From the human T2T-CHM13v2.0 reference genome, Homo sapiens: 64,000 nt of DNA. This document shows, in pieces, positions 1-18,500 of the stretch. The translations under genes and the position numbers were made by a program. The notes beneath the pieces are model-generated. The model was not told the origin of the DNA and ran no database searches. It was given only the letters and a program-made list of their open reading frames with translations. The stretch lies in the NCBI RefSeq assembly GCF_009914755.1, contig NC_060927.1; one strand, written 5' to 3'. Each line of letters starts with the position of its first letter. Position 1 is the first letter of the stretch.

Positions 1-870
<870 letters not shown>

Positions 871-959
871 TAACGGAATATATATCAAATATCAGTTGAG
901 TGTGAAACTGATTGCTACATGATAATTAATTTTAATAAAAGTTGGTTCTACAGCTTTTT

Positions 960-3075
<2,116 letters not shown>

Positions 3076-3079
3076 TGCT

Positions 3080-4348
3080 ATCATTTTATTATGCTGCATT
3101 TTATTATAGTTAGCAGATAGTTGAGATTTTAACAATTTAAAATTAAAGGTTTTGGGAAACTCTGTATTGAGAAAATCTGTCAGGGCCATTTTTTTCCAAC
3201 AGCATGTGCTGATTTTGTGTCTCTGTGTTACATTTTGGTAATTCTTACAAAATTTCAAACTTTTTTTATTATTATACCTATTGTGGTGATCTATGATCAG
3301 TAATTTTTTATGTTACTATTGTAATTGTTTTGGGGGTGCCATAAATTATGCTCATATAAGATGTCAAACTTAATAGATAAATGTGGTATGTGTTCTGAAT
3401 GCTCCACCCACTGGCCATTTCCCTGTCTCTTGCCCTCTGCTCAGACCTCCCTATTCCCTAAGATAAAACAATACTGAAATTAAAGCAATGAATAACCCTA
3501 CAGTGTCATGTAAGTGTTCAAGTGAAAGGAAGAGTAACATGTCTCTCACTTTAAATCAAGGCTAGAAATGATTAAGCTTAGTGAGAAAGGCATGATGAAG
3601 GCCTGTAAAAATAACAAGAAAGTGAAACAGCCCTATGGAGAAACTTTTACTGATCTGCTTAGAAGATCAAACCAGCCACAATGTTCCTTTAAGCCAAAAT
3701 CTAATCCAGAGCAAGACCCTAACTCTCTTCAGTTCTGTGAAGGCTGAGAGAGGAGAGGAAGCTGAAGAAGAATTTGAAGCCAGCAGAGGTTGATTCAAGA
3801 GGTTTAAGTAAGAAGATGTCTCCATAACATAAAGTGCAGGGGGGAAGCACTTGTGATGGAGAAGCTGTAACAAGTTATCCGGAAGATCATTTTGATATAA
3901 CTGATGAAGGTGGTTACACTAAACAACAGATTTTCAGTGCTTATATTGGAAACAGGCTTATATTGGAAAAAGATGACACTAGGATTTTTATAGTTAGAGA
4001 AGAGAGATCAATGCCTGGCTTCAATTCTTCAAAGGATAGGCTCTCTTGTTAGGAATTAATCCAGTTAGTGACTTTGAGTTGAAGTCAATGCTCATTTGCC
4101 ATTCCAAAACTTCTAGGGCTCTTAAGAACTATGCTAAATATACCCTGCCTCTGCTTTATAAAAGGAACCACAAAGTCCAGATAACAGTACATCTGTTTAC
4201 AGCATGGTTTGCTGAATATTTTAAGCACACTGCTGGGACCTACTGTTCAGAAAAATAAAATTCCATTCAAAATATTACTGCTCATTGACAATGCACTTCG
4301 CCACTCAATAGCTCTAATAGAGACACACAAAGAGACTAATGTTGTTTT
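3080..4348 (+). mobile_element. Tigger1 DNA transposon, 5' part, decayed transposase
   Basis: Matches Tigger1 5' region (TTTTTCCAACAGCATGTGCT...AAGTGTTCAAGTGAAAGGAAGAG...CTAGAAATGATTAAGCTTAGTGAG); peptide remnants RALKNYAK.TLP, HLFTAWF.EYFK; stops abruptly near 4348. Confidence 0.9.
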
Positions 4349-5020
4349 GGACTGGCAGAGGCAGAAGTGAAGAAGGTGAAAAGGGAGGTAGGAGGGGCAG
4401 GAACGCTCAATGTAACTTTATGAAAATACATTAACCTTTTGCTTTTTAATTTCTCTAAAAATATTTCCATATGGTACCAATTAATCTTTCACCATTTACT
4501 TCATTTCAGTGTCCATATAATAGAAGGGCACATGTTATAAAAGAAGATAAAAACAGTCTTGAATAATTGGGACCCTTCTGCCAGATTATTTAATGTCAAT
4601 TTGTTTTCTGGCACTGCTTCTTCTGTCTTCTTCCTCATCATCTGGCACTGGTTTGGAAGCACTCATCTCCATCAAGTCATCTTCTGTTAATTCCTCTGGT
4701 ATAATGTCTATTAGAACTTGAATTTCTCTGAGATCCGTACAATGAAACCCTTCACTCCCCAATTTTTACCGTATCTACAATCTCTTTCATAATTTCATTG
4801 ATTGGTATTGTTGTAAATCCTGTGAAGTCATGTACAACATCTGGACACAGTTTGCTCCAGTTGGAATGTATTGTTTTAAGATTGATGGCTTCCATGGCCT
4901 CTTCTAGAACAATGATAACAAGCTCAATGGTGTAATCTTTTTAGACTGTCATGTTGTTCTCTCTGTCAGTGTTTTCTTCCTTAGCATTGACAATCCTTTC
5001 CATAGAGTACAGTGTGTAAT

Positions 5021-6441
5021 TGATAGTGATAGGAGACAGAGAAATTCTAGGCAGAAACTCAAGCCAAAAAGCTTGAAACAGTGGTCCAGAGTGAGAATTT
5101 ACACCCTGTTTTCCCACTCGAATGTTGCCTGTTTCAAAACCACCCATGGCCTTGCCTTTCCTCATCCTGTGCCTATAAAAATCCCCTATTCAGCTAGCAG
5201 AGAGAGGAGAAGCAGCTGGACATCAGAGACTATATCTGGACATCAGAGAAAAGCAGTTTGACTTCAGAGGACAGCTTGATGGCGTAACTTCAGAGAAGAA
5301 TCTGGCTGGAGATGGCCAGATTGCAGGGGTAGATTACCTTCTCAACCCATCCCCTTTTCAGCTCCCCTTCCCGCTAAGAGCAACCTCCATCAGCAATAAA
5401 ACACCCACATTTATCATCCTTCAATTTATTCATGGAACTTAATTTCTCCTGGATGCCAGACAAGAACTCAGGAACCATGAGTGCAGATGCAAAAGGCTGT
5501 CACATTGACCCTTTGCCCTCACTGGTGGAAGGCAGCTTCACATGAAAAGGCAGAGAGTTGTGAGAATAAAATAAATCTTGGGGCCCCCAAATCACTAAAC
5601 TAAAGGGAAAAGTCAAGTGGTAACTGCTTAGGGCCAACCTGCCTCCCATTCAATTCAAAGTCACCACTCTGCTCACTGAGATAAATGCATATCTATTTGC
5701 CTCCTTTGGAAAGGCTAATCAGAAACTCCAAAGAATGCAACCATTTGTCTCTTATCTACCTATGACCTGGAAGCTCCCTCCTCTCTTGGAGTCTTCCTGC
5801 CTTTGCTTCTAGTTGTCCCACCTTTTCAGACCAAACCAATGTTCATCTTGCATATGTTGATTGATGTCTCTTGTCACCCTAGAATGTATAAAACTGGACT
5901 GTGCTCTGACCGCCTTGGACTCATGTTGTCAGGCCCTTCTGAGGCTGTGTCATGTGTGCGCATCCTCAACCTTGGCAAAATAAACTTTCTAAATTGACTG
6001 AGACCTGTCTCAAATTTTCAGGGTTCATGGGGTCCATTGAGCTATTAACACTTGTGCTGTCTGTGAACAACAGAGCTAAAGGAGCACTGTAACAGTCCCG
6101 CTGGGGCTTCAGGCATCGTAGGCGCCCCCCACCAACCCACCCACAAGATGGCATGGTAGGACCTGCACAACGTTCACACCTGCTGGCGCCCAAAAGTGCT
6201 CGCTGTGGCTCCAGCACCTGGTCACTTGCATGCTGCCTCCCATGAGGGGTGGAGCACAGTGGGTCCAAGTGAGTGGAGTTCACCCCTGCCAAAATGGCCT
6301 AGTTTCAGTGCCGTGCACTCCAGTTCCTGCCTTGTTTGCTTGCGCATTCCTTTCCTGCAAAAAGTTGAGAGCTGCCAGATGAGTAAATGAGTCACCCACT
6401 TCGTGAGTCCCACAAGGGGGTCAGGGAAATATCCTCGTTCA
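5021..6441 (+). mobile_element. ERV1 solo LTR of the MER50/LTR27 group, split by MER4A1
   Basis: TG...CA termini; perfect 4-bp TSD TAAT (5017-5020, 6442-6445); TATAAAA near 5174, AATAAA near 5395; related to the LTR at 14546. Confidence 0.85.
5559..6029 (+). mobile_element. MER4A1 solo LTR (ERV1)
   Basis: TGTGAG..AAATAAATCTTGGGGCCCCCAAATCACTAA...CTGAGACCTGTCTCA...GGGTTCA; TSD GAGT/GGGT. Confidence 0.92.
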
Positions 6442-8719
6442 TAATGATCCTTAAAAGTCCTTATACCCTCCTAATCTTGAGGCTGAATTGGAGACGTGCT
6501 TGGGGACAAGTAGACCACTTTGATGCCGTTGCTGTACAACTCATGGGGTTCTGGGTTTCCAGGGGTATGGCCTAGTGTGAAACAAATTTTAAAGGGCAGA
6601 CCAGTACTGATAAGATACTTCTTGACTTCAGGAACAAAGCATCAATGGGACCAATATAGAAAAAAAGTTATCATTGTCCAGGCCTTCTTGTTCAAGCAGA
6701 AGACTGGCAGTTAGTGTTTAATCTTTCTTCTTCAAGAGTCAGTGATTAGCAGATTTATAGACAAGGGTAGTCTTAATTATAAACCTGACTGCATTTGCAC
6801 AAAATGGTAGTTACCCTAGCCCATGCTGTCTTAATTTCTGGTACTCACTTCTCTTTCTTACTAATAAATGTCCCTGTTTTATTTTTTATTTAACAAAATA
6901 GGACACATTTGTCTGCATTCAAAATCTGTTCAGGCAGATGTAATTTCTCCTCAACAATTTTTCTAATGGCATCCTATTGGTTGGCAGAAGTTGTTTCTCA
7001 TGTTATCTCTGCAATTTTTAAGCCATACCTCCTTCTAAAATTATCAAACCGTCCTTTGTTGGCATTAAATTCTCCAGCTTTAGATTGTTCACCATTTCTT
7101 TTGCTTTAAGTTATAATATAACCACTTTTTATTGAATAATAGGGAGCTATAGAGTCTATTGGCATGTCTTTATCAGAGCAATTCTGCACCCATATATAAG
7201 CTGCATTTAAAAAAAGATATTTTGCAAAAAGTGCACTTTTTATGCCTGCTGTTGTAGCTACAGCGATGACTTTATCAATCTCCTTTTCTCTTTTTACAGT
7301 GATGCTTATACTGGATTCATTTATCTTGAAGTGGGCAACTGCAGCTGCAGACCTCAGTCTATGTTACATATCAAGCAATTCAACTTTTTTTTCTTGTAAT
7401 GTCATAACTTTGCCCCTTGAGAACACTGCCAGCATCACTAGTGGCATTTCATTTGTGCTCCATGGTGTTATTCAAGGTTTGCGCTATTGTCCTAAACACA
7501 ATGAAAAATATGCAAGTGTTGCAGAAGATCACTTTTCACTGCATTATGTAATTTATTGGAGCGATGATTAGTATTATGCAGCATTTTAAGTGGATACTCG
7601 CAACACTTGAGCTCATCGCAATAACAGCAGGAATTGGCTATACAATTACAGTAGTATAGTATGTACTATACTTAATTTTAGGCTGTCATAATTTAATATG
7701 GCATCTTTAGATTTGTTCACATTTCTCCGAACTATAAATCTTGTCATATATGGTCTGCATGTATGTACATTTTGATAAATTCTGTTTGATGACAAATTGA
7801 TATATATTTTGTGGTAGTAAATAATACAGCAGACTAGCATATATATATATACATTTTATGAACTTATGACATACATAACTTTTTCTTGATTTTTTTTTAT
7901 CCCTAGTCCACATAGTTCATTTGCAAGTTTTTTTCAAATTGTTGCAAACTTCCAGAAAATTTTCACTTCTGTCTCTCTCTCTGTATATACACATTTAAAT
8001 CAGCTTATAAATCGACCCACATAGTTCAAACCTATGTGGTTCAAAGGTCAAATATTTCCCTTTCTCTGCTGAAATTCCCTAATTTTCTAGATTTTGTTTA
8101 TCTTTTTTAGTAGAAGGGTTTTGCTTATACCTTTCCCACATGAACAATGGATCTTAGAATGAATCTTTTGGGTGAGAGAGTTTGTTGCCCTTCTTTCAGA
8201 GACTTGAGTTTTATTCTTTCTAGAAGGAAAGGATTCAGGGAAGCACATAGATCTCTGTGTCTTTTCCATAGCAAGCATTAATCACCTCCTGAAGTCCTGC
8301 GCCACAATATAAGTCCGTATCTCTTGTTCTGCTCCTGATCTTTCTTACAATCACCTGGAGGAGGGCTTGGAAAAGAATCAATGAGTGGGTGCAGACTGTT
8401 CTAGTTTCTGGGCTTTCAGGTATCCTAATCTGACATGTTAGCACACACTTGGTCTTTAGAAATTTATTGAAAATTTTATTTTATTTTTTTTCTTACCCAC
8501 TTTGATGGCTACCATTTTTTCTTTCTGTGCCCTTTCATGTGTGAAAAAGTTCACTGGACTTATCTCTCCCAAAAAAACTTGGAAATTTTGAAATTCAGTT
8601 TCCTTGCAACCTCAGGTACACTTTAAGCTCAAAAAATAAAAAGTAACATTATATAGATTCTACACATTGTTAGGTGGGAATAGTGTTCTGTTGTGGCTTT
8701 CTACATCCAAGGAGAAAAA

Positions 8720-9300
8720 AAAAAACTTCATATTTCTTTTTCAGTGTTTTTTTGCAGCTGTTTATTTTTCATATTCTGAGTTTTGTTTATTGTTTTTCTT
8801 TTATTCATAATTTTTTACATAGATTTGTCTGTTATGTATATTTTCAAAAATTGTTAAAATTGATTTTGTTATAATTTATATTGTTTTTCTCTATTTATTT
8901 CAATGATTTCTGCTCATACCTACATTATTTATTCTTTTATTTTAAATTTTATATTCATTAGATTGCTCTGCTTCCAGTTTTTAATTTTTATTTTTTTAAT
9001 ACATGTATTTTAGTAAAGTTCTAACTACTGCTTCAGCTATTTACCACAGATACTGAAATGCAGTGTTTGTATTATATTCAATTTTGGTCCTAATTTTTAT
9101 TTAAATGTTCATGAGACATTGCTTTTTACCTTAGAGATTATGGGCTTATGGTACTTTTAAAAATTTGAATATAACTTATTTCTTATTTCATGGCATTTTC
9201 TTATAAAATCTCTATGCTATTATGTTTGGAAGTTTGAGTCATCACTAGTTATCTAAGACATGGTAAATTTTTTAAGTATTCCACATATGTCTAAAAGAAA
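8720..9300 (-). mobile_element. Highly decayed L1ME-type fragments
   Basis: T-rich antisense L1 ORF2-like phrases (ATTTCTGCTC, CTACTGCTTCAGCTAT, GAAATGCAGTGTTT). Confidence 0.5.
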
Positions 9301-10258
9301 ATAACATAATCTATTTCTATAGTTTTACAAATTATTTCACTTAGTATGTTACTTGAAATTTATGTAAGAAAGTTAGATGAATAAGATATTAGGACCCTTA
9401 TTGTATAGATAATAAAATGTGAACTCAAGAACTCAAGTGCTTTATAGAATTCCATTCAGCGTGTAAATATTAAAATGATGAATAAAATCAAGTCATTCAA
9501 TTCACTTACAATTCAACATTAGTTCTACTATACCAATTACTACTTTGAAATTAGAGAAGGCCAAACTCTGAGTGGATAAGCTATAAATTAAAATGTTATA
9601 GGACATCAAGAGATCTCATATCTCAATAAAATTTAAATTAGATAAAAATTATCATTTTTGTAAATTATTCTTGCTAGGTATTTTAACTGCAGAATTTCAG
9701 GTATCTTATAGAGGGGGCTAAAGCATTAAAAAATAATTAGGGTTATGTGACCTCTACGGGATTTTTGTGCCCTGAGACACTATGATTTTAAGAACGAGGA
9801 TATTCTAACTACACATTTTTTTCTAATTAAAGTGGTTATCTAATATCAGCCATTTTCTCTTATTGGTTTGAAAATGTTAACATGGTATAGCTTGCAATTT
9901 AACACTTTAAATTTTAACTATTGATGTTAAATTTTGATGTTGTATCTGTTGCTGGATTACAATCTTTACAAATAAAGCAATATTTAGAATGATTGCTTTA
10001 TTTGAATTTAATGCTGTACTTTTAAAGTCTTGAAGCCTCCTTCTGCACTGTAGCAACAATATTTCAGAATAAGTTTTTCTTCCTACCATTATCCCCATGA
10101 TGAATATCCCAGCAAATTTATTTCTTTCACGTATTTGTAAACAAATTTTTCAAGCACCATGTCTATGATTCTCTATAAAAATGACCCTAAATGCAAGACA
10201 CTCAACAAAAAAATTTTAAGAAATATATATTTTAAATAGATGTAGAAAACCAAGGTTT

Positions 10259-12451
<2,193 letters not shown>

Positions 12452-12759
12452 AGAAAATCAAGTTTCCTCATCCAGAAGGTATGTATTCCCAAATAAATCA
12501 ATTACTGTTAATAAGCCAAACTTTGCTTAACCAACAAACGAAGAATTTGTTTTGACATAAATCTCATTTTATCAATAAAAATGAAAATTATTACCAAAAC
12601 AGGAATGTTCAAAAATTTATAAGGCATTAGTTTAAGACATTACTGTGGCCCTTTTGTTGAAGGCCTCAGGCAAAGTGTGGAATTCCTTGGGTTGAAATGT
12701 ATTCTTTCAGTTCAACTCCTTCAATTAAGAAGAGATTTATGTTTGTCTTGTCACTCAAA

Positions 12760-13560
12760 AAAATTTACAGACTAACATACAGTAACACGGACTTTTTTCT
12801 TGGTGTATAGTTCTGTGAATTTTAACAATTATGTTGATTCTATAACTACCATCCAATAATTTTAACACTCCTAAAATTTTCCTTTGTCATGCCTTTATAG
12901 TTACACTTTTCTTCACCAGGAGTCACTGGCAACCACTGATCTGTTCTCTATCATGATAGCTTGGTCTTTAAAAAAGTTTCATATGAATATAGTCATATAG
13001 TGTGTGACCTTTTGAGACAGCCTTCTTTTACACAGTACAATGGCTTTAATCCACACTATTCTGAGTATTATCAGTGTTCGCTGTGTTTAGTATTCTAAAT
13101 TCTGTGCTAGTATTCCCTTTGTGGATTTACTGTAGATTACCTATTTAGGTTTTCAGAGACATTTGGATAGTTTTCAATTTTAGCAATTATCAACAAAGCT
13201 ACTATCAACATTCATATATAGGTTTTTGTGTGAACATGTTTTTTTTCTTTTTTGTTTTTATTTTTAAAATTTTCTAGGGCTAATACCCAGAATTGCTAAA
13301 TCATAGAACGAGTGTATGCCAAATATTTTCCAGAATGGCTGTATCATTTTGCATGCCTGGCAAGTATGGATTAAAGTTCTAGTTGCTTCAGTTCTTCACC
13401 AAGACTTGGTATTGTCAGCTTGTTGTACTTTCACTATTCTAATAGGTGTATAATGCTATGGGATTGTGGTTTCAATTTATATTTCACTTTTGGATAATGA
13501 TGTTGAACATCTTTTTATATGCTTTTGGCCATCTATATGTCCTCTTTAATAAGCATGTTA
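12760..13560 (-). mobile_element. L1MC/MD 3' end
   Basis: GGCAACCACTGATCTGTTCTCTATC, GTTTTTGTGTGAACAT, ATAATGATGTTGAACATCTTTT. Confidence 0.8.
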
Positions 13561-13777
13561 AAAGGTATTTGATATCCCATCTCAACATCATGGCACTTTA
13601 AAGATCTTAATCCTAGGTATTTACACAAATGGATTAAAATTTAAGATGGGAGGAACTTTCTGAATAACAGCATGAAGAGCACCACAGACCCAGTCTCCAG
13701 GAAAACAGTTGAAAATTAATTTTTTTAAAAATTTAAGCTCTAGAAATGTTTCTAAGGGCATACAGCTCATGAAGATA

Positions 13778-14104
13778 CAGTGATCCCTTGGTATTAATCG
13801 AAAACTTGTTTCAAGGCCACCATAGATATGAATGCTCAAGTCTCATATAAAATGAGGCAGTATTTGCATATAACCTATGCTCATCCTCTCATACAATTTA
13901 AATTATCACTAGATTACTTATGATAACCTAATACACTGTAGATACTATGTAAATAGTTGTTATAATATATTGTTTAAAAGCTAATGACAAAAATATACCT
14001 CTGTATATATTGAGTACAAATGAAACCATCCTTTCTCCCCCTGCTGAATATTTTCTAACCACATTTAGTGGAATCTGTAATTCAGAACCCATAGGTTCTG
14101 ACTG
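13778..14104 (+). mobile_element. MER2 (Tigger-derived MITE)
   Basis: TA|CAGTGATCCCTTGGTAT...GTATTTGCATATAACCTA...CTAGATTACTTAT...GACTG. Confidence 0.9.
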
Positions 14105-14545
14105 CATATTTGTTTAAGAAACTATACTAACATTTCTTAATAACAGTAAGAGTCTGTAGTATTTGAGCTGACATTCACTCCCTCCCTTCCCCATGCCGAC
14201 TCAGCATGACAGAAATTCCATTCCAAACTGGTGCAGTCAAGAACAGGGTTCCCTCTTTCCCTTTTTGTATGCTACCAGTTCAAGGGCTGTATTTTGGAAA
14301 TCGGCAGAATATCAGAATTTCTCATCCTGTTCTCAGCTACCTGCTACTGAGATAAAATTCCTGGCTATTACAACTGAGAGATGGGGCTCCCTTCTTCTGT
14401 TCAGACACTACTTATGAGAGGAAGGCTCTACCTCTTCAAAGCATCGCCAAGAATACTGGGGCCAGGTTGCCCTTGAACTTGCTCATAAGGTGAAGCTTGT
14501 AAGATGGCCCTTCTATTTTGGAAGAGGCAAGCCAAGAAGATCTAG

Positions 14546-15251
14546 TGATATGGACAGGAGGCAGGAAAATACTGGGTAGAAGAGGTTGGTTCTCTGGCAA
14601 AGGTCTCACCCTCAAGCCTGGAAACTCACAGCCCTAAATAGGAAAAAGCATTCCTGTTTTCATTCCCAAGTGTTGCCTTTTGGCCTGCCATGCCCCTGAT
14701 CCTGTACCCAAATTAACCCCAAACCCCAGGCTCCATGAGCAGAAGAGCAGAGAAGCAGAAGAAGGAGCATCTGAACATCAAGAGGAGTTCGACTGGGGAT
14801 GGTCAGAGAGGAGATTGGCCATGGGATGACTGAACTCCAGGGGAAGATCATCTTCCCACTCCATCCTCATCCACCTCGCTAAGAGCCACCTCCATTCGGC
14901 AATAAAATCCCCCACATTTACCATCGTTTAGTTTGTCTGTGTGACCTGATTCTTCCTGGACACTGGACAAGAACCCTGGTACCAAGAGGCAACTGAGCTG
15001 GTTAACACTTAAGTGTCTGTGGATGGCAGAGCTAAGGGTTTAACACACCCACGGGGGCTTTGGAATTTGCAGGCACCCACCCCTAGACTCTACCACGGAG
15101 CCAAAGTCTAAAAGTGCTCACCCTGGCTCCTGCACCTGCCCATCTGCATGATCCCCCTCCTGTAAGGGGTTTGAGTGTGCAGTGGTCTAACAGACAAGAC
15201 ACCCGTCTGTTGCACATCCTGTGAATGGGACCAGGGAACTCTCCCGTTTCA
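14546..15251 (+). mobile_element. MER50-type ERV1 solo LTR
   Basis: TGATATGGACAGGAGGCAGG..ACTGGGTAGAAGAGG...GGGAACTCTCCCGTTTCA; perfect TSD CTAG (14542-14545, 15252-15255). Confidence 0.92.
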
Positions 15252-15891
15252 CTAGGACTACTGCCCCACCTCCACCATCACTTGTGAAGTGAAGGCAGCA
15301 CTCAGAGAGAAGCATAGCACTGTCTCAATTTCCAGCTCTATAGCCACAGCCCCAAAATGTTGCCTGGATGGGGAGAAACAGGCCTTGAAACAGCTCTAAA
15401 TTTCTTATCAAAAGAACTGATGTCATTTGCAACAGAGTGTGGAGGAGCTCAAGTCTAAGGATACTCTCAACAACAGTAGAGGTTGTAGTAAATAACAAAA
15501 TGGGTAGATTATTTGGAGATAGGGACTAAACTTCAGGCTGGCTAGTTTGCCTGAGAAAACCCAGGGTAAGAACAAATCTTAAACACTGACCTCAAAAACT
15601 ATCCCTTCAAAAGAGCCCAAATTTGGTTGGTTAGTTTATAGAGCCATTTATGTCCCTAGGGCATTATTGTAAATAATAGTGCAATAATCAAGCAGTTAGT
15701 GGAGTCTTATAGCTGGGTGTGGTCAGGGAAAGTGACAGAGTCTTACCAAAACCACTTTTATCCAGACTGACTGATCATACTCAAGACTGTGCCCCATGAG
15801 AAGCAACATCAGAGTTTTAACGCAGTCAGGGAAGTGGGGGTGGGGGGAATGGAGGTGGGTCAGAAATTAACTTCACTAAAATACTCCTGGA

Positions 15892-16275
<384 letters not shown>

Positions 16276-16432
16276 CTATAATATATTGTCTAAAATGTCC
16301 AGTTCCTAAAAAACATTATGATGCATATAAAGAATCAAGAAAGTATAACCCATTCGTTAGAAAAAAGACAGGCAACAGTAATTGCCTGCAAGAGCAAACA
16401 GATGCTGGATTTACATTAAAAAGACTTCAAGG

Positions 16433-16987
16433 TGTTAGGGAAATAGGAGCACAGGAGAGCCAAGGTGATACCATTTTAAAATCAACTTCATCTTAAAACT
16501 AGCAAGGCACATTCATTGCCAGTCATGAACCATGATTATAGGATGTTTATGGCTAAAGAAGCAGTTTAGTAATGCCTGCAAGGACAAACTCCTACAACAG
16601 CAGAACGTCCAGATATCCTGATATTGCATAACAATATATGCTTTTAAGATAGTTATAGTCATGCTTTGATGTACTTATGCAATAAAATGCCAAGGATGGC
16701 TTTCTTTAAATGAACAGAGTACTAAATTTTGTCACACAGTCAGCATACCTGCATGTAGACATAGCTCAGACTTTACACAGATAAGACCCTATATTGTATA
16801 AAGCATTTAAAGCAAAGATGGCATATTCCTCTGCCTGCTTTATAAGGATGCCCTACTCTATAACTGAGTAGCTTTCAATAAATGATCTCTTCTCTCTGCA
16901 CTATGTCATTCTCCTTGAATTCCTGTCTGAAAGAGATTCAAGAACCCTTTCTTGGGGTCTAGATTGGGACACCTTTTTCTAGTAACA
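16433..16987 (+). mobile_element. MER41E-like ERV1 solo LTR
   Basis: TGTTAGGGAAATAGGAGC..CCATTTTAAAATCAACT..CATCTT; MER41-type end AAGAACCC..CTTGGGGTCTAGATTGGGAC...GTAACA; TSD AAGG/AAAG. Confidence 0.85.
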
Positions 16988-17469
16988 AAAGTAACCATTA
17001 TAATTATGTCCAAGAACAGAAGGAAACCATGATGAAAGAAGTAAATAAAATATAATATAAAATACAAATGAAAATTCTGGAGTTGAAAGTTTAATAATTA
17101 AAATAATTTCACTGGAGGTGCTTAACTGTAGATTTGAATTGGCAGAAGAAAGAATTTGTGAACTTGGAGATGTTTGATAGAGATTATGCAATTCAAAAAA
17201 CACAGAAAAAAAAGGAATAAAGAAAAAGGAACAAAGACTCAGAGTGTGGAACACTATTAACCACAACATACTTGTAATGAGAGTACCAAAAGGAGAACAG
17301 ATAGAATAAGAAGCAGAAAAAATATTCAAAGAAGTAAATGCTAAAACTTTCCAAGTTTATTGAAAGATGAATGAACACATAATGAACTTCAAGTAAGATA
17401 AGCGCAAAGAGATACTCAAATAGAACATCATACTAAAATGCTGAAAGCTAAAGACAAGGAGAAAATTTT

Positions 17470-17760
17470 ACTTTTTATGAAATATCCAGCAAAGGTAAGA
17501 CAGAAAAGAGATTCGTGATTGCTTAGGGTTGTGGGGAGGGATGTGGGGAGACTGGGAGGTGACTGCTAAAGGGCACAGAGTTTCTTTTTTGAGGTGATAA
17601 TAATGTTCTAAAATTGTGATGATGGTTGCCCATATCTGCGAATATGCTAAGTACCATATCTGCGAATATGCTAGGTACCATAGAATTGTAGATGTGAAAT
17701 GGATGAATTTTATACATTTCACATTTTGTGAATTGTATTTCAGTAAAGATGTTTAAAAGT
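17470..17760 (+). mobile_element. L1MB 3' end with internal 24-bp tandem duplication
   Basis: GACTGCTAAAGGGCACAGAGTTTCTTTTTTGAGGTGATAATAATGTTCTAAAATT; CCATATCTGCGAATATGCTARGTA x2 at 17630-17677. Confidence 0.85.
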
Positions 17761-18500
17761 AAATTTGTACAAAGACCTGTACATACATGTTTATGGAAGC
17801 TCTATTCATAACCTTGAAAAATTAGAAACAACCAAAATGACCTTTAACAGGTGAATATATAAACAGCCTATTGTTCATCCATGAAATAAAATACTGCTAA
17901 AAAAGAAATGAGCTATTGACTCACATGACAATATAGACAATTCTTACAGGTATTTTGCTAAGTGATGGAATGCAGACCTACAAGGCTACATTTTGTATGG
18001 CTCCATTTATATGACATTTTATATAGCAAAAGTATAGGAACGTAAAGCAGATTGGTAATCAACAGAAGTTGGGGGTATAGGTAATGGTTGTCTACAAAAA
18101 GGCTACATAAGGGGTGTTTTGGGTGATAGAATTGTTCTGTAAGAATTAGTGGACGTACGACTCTATGAATGTATGCAAATCTACTCACTATATGCAGATA
18201 TATATATATTTCCCATCATGTTGTGAAATTTCAGGCAGAAATGCAGACTGTGACATGTGAATCAAACCTCATTGAAAAGGGTGAAAAAAAACTGGCCAAT
18301 TTTCAAAAACTGTTTTGACTGAGCCTATAAAGATACTGTATATAAACACTGTCTGCTAATTGGTAATTTTGTTTTTCCCATAAAGATTACAGGTTATCAA
18401 TTCTGAAACAAATTTACGTGTATACAAGTGTTAAATAATGCATTAAATAATACTGAACATTAAATTATAGATAATGAGATCCAGGTTTCCCATTGACAGA
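17761..18500 (+). mobile_element. L1MC/MD 3' fragments
   Basis: GAAACAACCAAAATG, TGCTAAGTGA, GAAATGCAGACTGTGACA, ACTGTATATAAACACTGT. Confidence 0.7.

Larger units (their letters stand above)
4349..8052 (-). mobile_element. Tigger2 DNA transposon, nearly full length, transposase on minus strand, interrupted by LTRs at 5021-6441
   Basis: Minus-strand ATG near 7463 followed by a KVMTLQEK-like N-terminus; NKKAWT, FVPEVKKYL, RTFKDHY|YSMERIVNA..EN motifs; terminal GTTCAAACCTATGTGGTTCAAAGGTCAA at ~8025-8052. Confidence 0.88.

Noticed and set aside
3500-7463. Possible domesticated Tigger transposase gene
   Set aside because: Both transposase frames carry stops, frameshifts, deletions and LTR insertions
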